From Candidatus Thalassarchaeaceae archaeon (GTDB lineage: Archaea > Thermoplasmatota > Poseidoniia > Poseidoniales > Thalassarchaeaceae): DNA of 15,721 bases. The notes beneath the pieces were generated by a model. It was not told the DNA's origin. It did no database searches and was given only the letters and a program-made list of their open reading frames with translations. Of the stretch, positions 15,002 through 15,721 are shown piece by piece. Each line of letters begins with the position of its first letter. The stretch's first letter is position 1. The stretch spans positions 1-15,721 of the forward strand of contig JASLKH010000046.1 of assembly GCA_030747675.1 (NCBI GenBank). Reading direction: 5' to 3'. Both the position numbers and the translations under genes were made by a program.

Positions 15002-15259
15002 TCAAAGCTTTAGGCTGGAGAAATCACCTTGGATGTCACCAACCAATTTCTTCAGCAGTTTCGCAGGGTCGACTCCCTTGTTTGTGCGGATGAAGAACTC
15101 AGGCTCATCTAGATCTGGGTGGCCTGGGAAGTAGTTTGCATAATCGACTCCCTTGTCGCTGTTTAGTCTTTCACGGAGCACTTGTAGAGAGGTGTGAGAC
15201 TCTCCAATAAAGCGTACTCTTAGCTCATTATCGTCGCGGGCTAGAACTTTAACTGGCAT
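15002..15259 (-). CDS. rpoL: DNA-directed RNA polymerase subunit L (Rpo11)
   Basis: The 85-aa protein carries GESHTSLQVLRERL and YANYFPGHP, the RpoL/RPB11 pattern. It lies 13 nt upstream of truD. Confidence 0.9.
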   Translation of the reverse strand: MPVKVLARDDNELRVRFIGESHTSLQVLRERLNSDKGVDYANYFPGHPDLDEPEFFIRTNKGVDPAKLLKKLVGDIQGDFSSLKL

Positions 15260-15323
15260 AGTGAACGATGTCGCCGTTCAGACTCGCCTTCAAGAACCTT
15301 TGGCATCCAAATGCTCAAATCGC

Positions 15324-15340
15324 TACATGCTACGCATGTA
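15324..15340. promoter_or_regulatory. Perfect inverted repeat, candidate operator
   Basis: TACATGC-TAC-GCATGTA lies in the middle of the rpoL/MMPL divergent intergenic region. Confidence 0.35.
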
Positions 15341-15377
15341 AAAACTAATGCAAAATTGATGTTTTGACCCGTTTCGC

Positions 15378-15383
15378 TTTAAG
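15378..15383 (+). promoter_or_regulatory. Putative TATA box for the second MMPL gene (leaderless)
   Basis: TTTAAG is centred about 26 nt upstream of GTG 15406. Confidence 0.5.
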
Positions 15384-15405
15384 CCTAACAGCGCACCCGC
15401 GGAAT

Positions 15406-15721
15406 GTGAGTTCTCCAGCCGTTGAGGATGCGCTGCGGGGTCAGTCAGACCGCTTCCGCAAATTTTCTTGGCCGATTCTCATTTTATCAGCAGTCCTAAC
15501 TGTGGGCTTGGTCGCTGATCTAGCGTTTGTTGACACTCCGGCATTCCACACTGATTTGGCAGATTTCGCACCCGATTCAGAATCAGCAGATGCTCATGAA
15601 AGAATTAGTGAGCACTTCAGCAATGAGACTAGGCCAATGTTCGTACATGTGACGAGAGACGACGGAGGTAACGTTCTCGATATGGCTTCGTTGAATTTGA
15701 TGGATTCCCACCTTGATAAAG
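15406..15721 (+). CDS. MMPL/RND-family transporter, 3'-partial; not in the ORF track
   Basis: The frame is open to the window end: VSSPAVEDALRGQSDRFRKFSWPILILSAVLTVGLVADLAFVDTPAFHTDLADFAPDSESADAHERISEHFSNETRPMFVHV. It shows TM1 followed by the 'D-x2-D/F-x-P' start typical of MMPL extracellular domains. Confidence 0.75.
   Translation, partial: MSSPAVEDALRGQSDRFRKFSWPILILSAVLTVGLVADLAFVDTPAFHTDLADFAPDSESADAHERISEHFSNETRPMFVHVTRDDGGNVLDMASLNLMDSHLDK

Noticed and set aside
1-15721. CRISPR arrays, IS elements or integrases, tRNA and rRNA genes, defence systems
   Set aside because: I found no spaced direct repeats, transposase or integrase motifs, cloverleaf or rRNA signatures by inspection. Genes are housekeeping or envelope type with no obvious compositional break.

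Overview
Archaeal chromosomal window, most consistent with Marine Group II Euryarchaeota (Ca. Poseidoniales). The taxon is an inference from gene content and style, not a database match. No mobile element, CRISPR array, rRNA or tRNA was seen. Left half, cell-envelope genes: a 5'-truncated >1000-aa membrane-anchored surface protein, the archaeal type A RNase P RNA (3103-3407, not in the ORF track), an MMPL/RND transporter with an upstream GT2 glycosyltransferase, and a small hypothetical gene followed by a strong hairpin. Centre: a tightly coupled operon of NDP-sugar epimerase, membrane-anchored CGYC thioredoxin-fold protein, VKOR and His-rich membrane-anchored protein, converging on a small hypothetical gene and a secreted CPSC thioredoxin-fold gene. 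Right half, housekeeping genes: rlmE, a single-OB-fold protein, an HVO_2753-type zinc-finger microprotein (missed by the ORF track), aEF-1beta, truD, rpoL and the start of a second MMPL gene. The most interesting signal is a candidate archaeal extracytoplasmic disulfide-formation (Dsb-like) system. Its VKOR has an atypical loop and is separated from the downstream in-frame His-rich domain by a single TGA.
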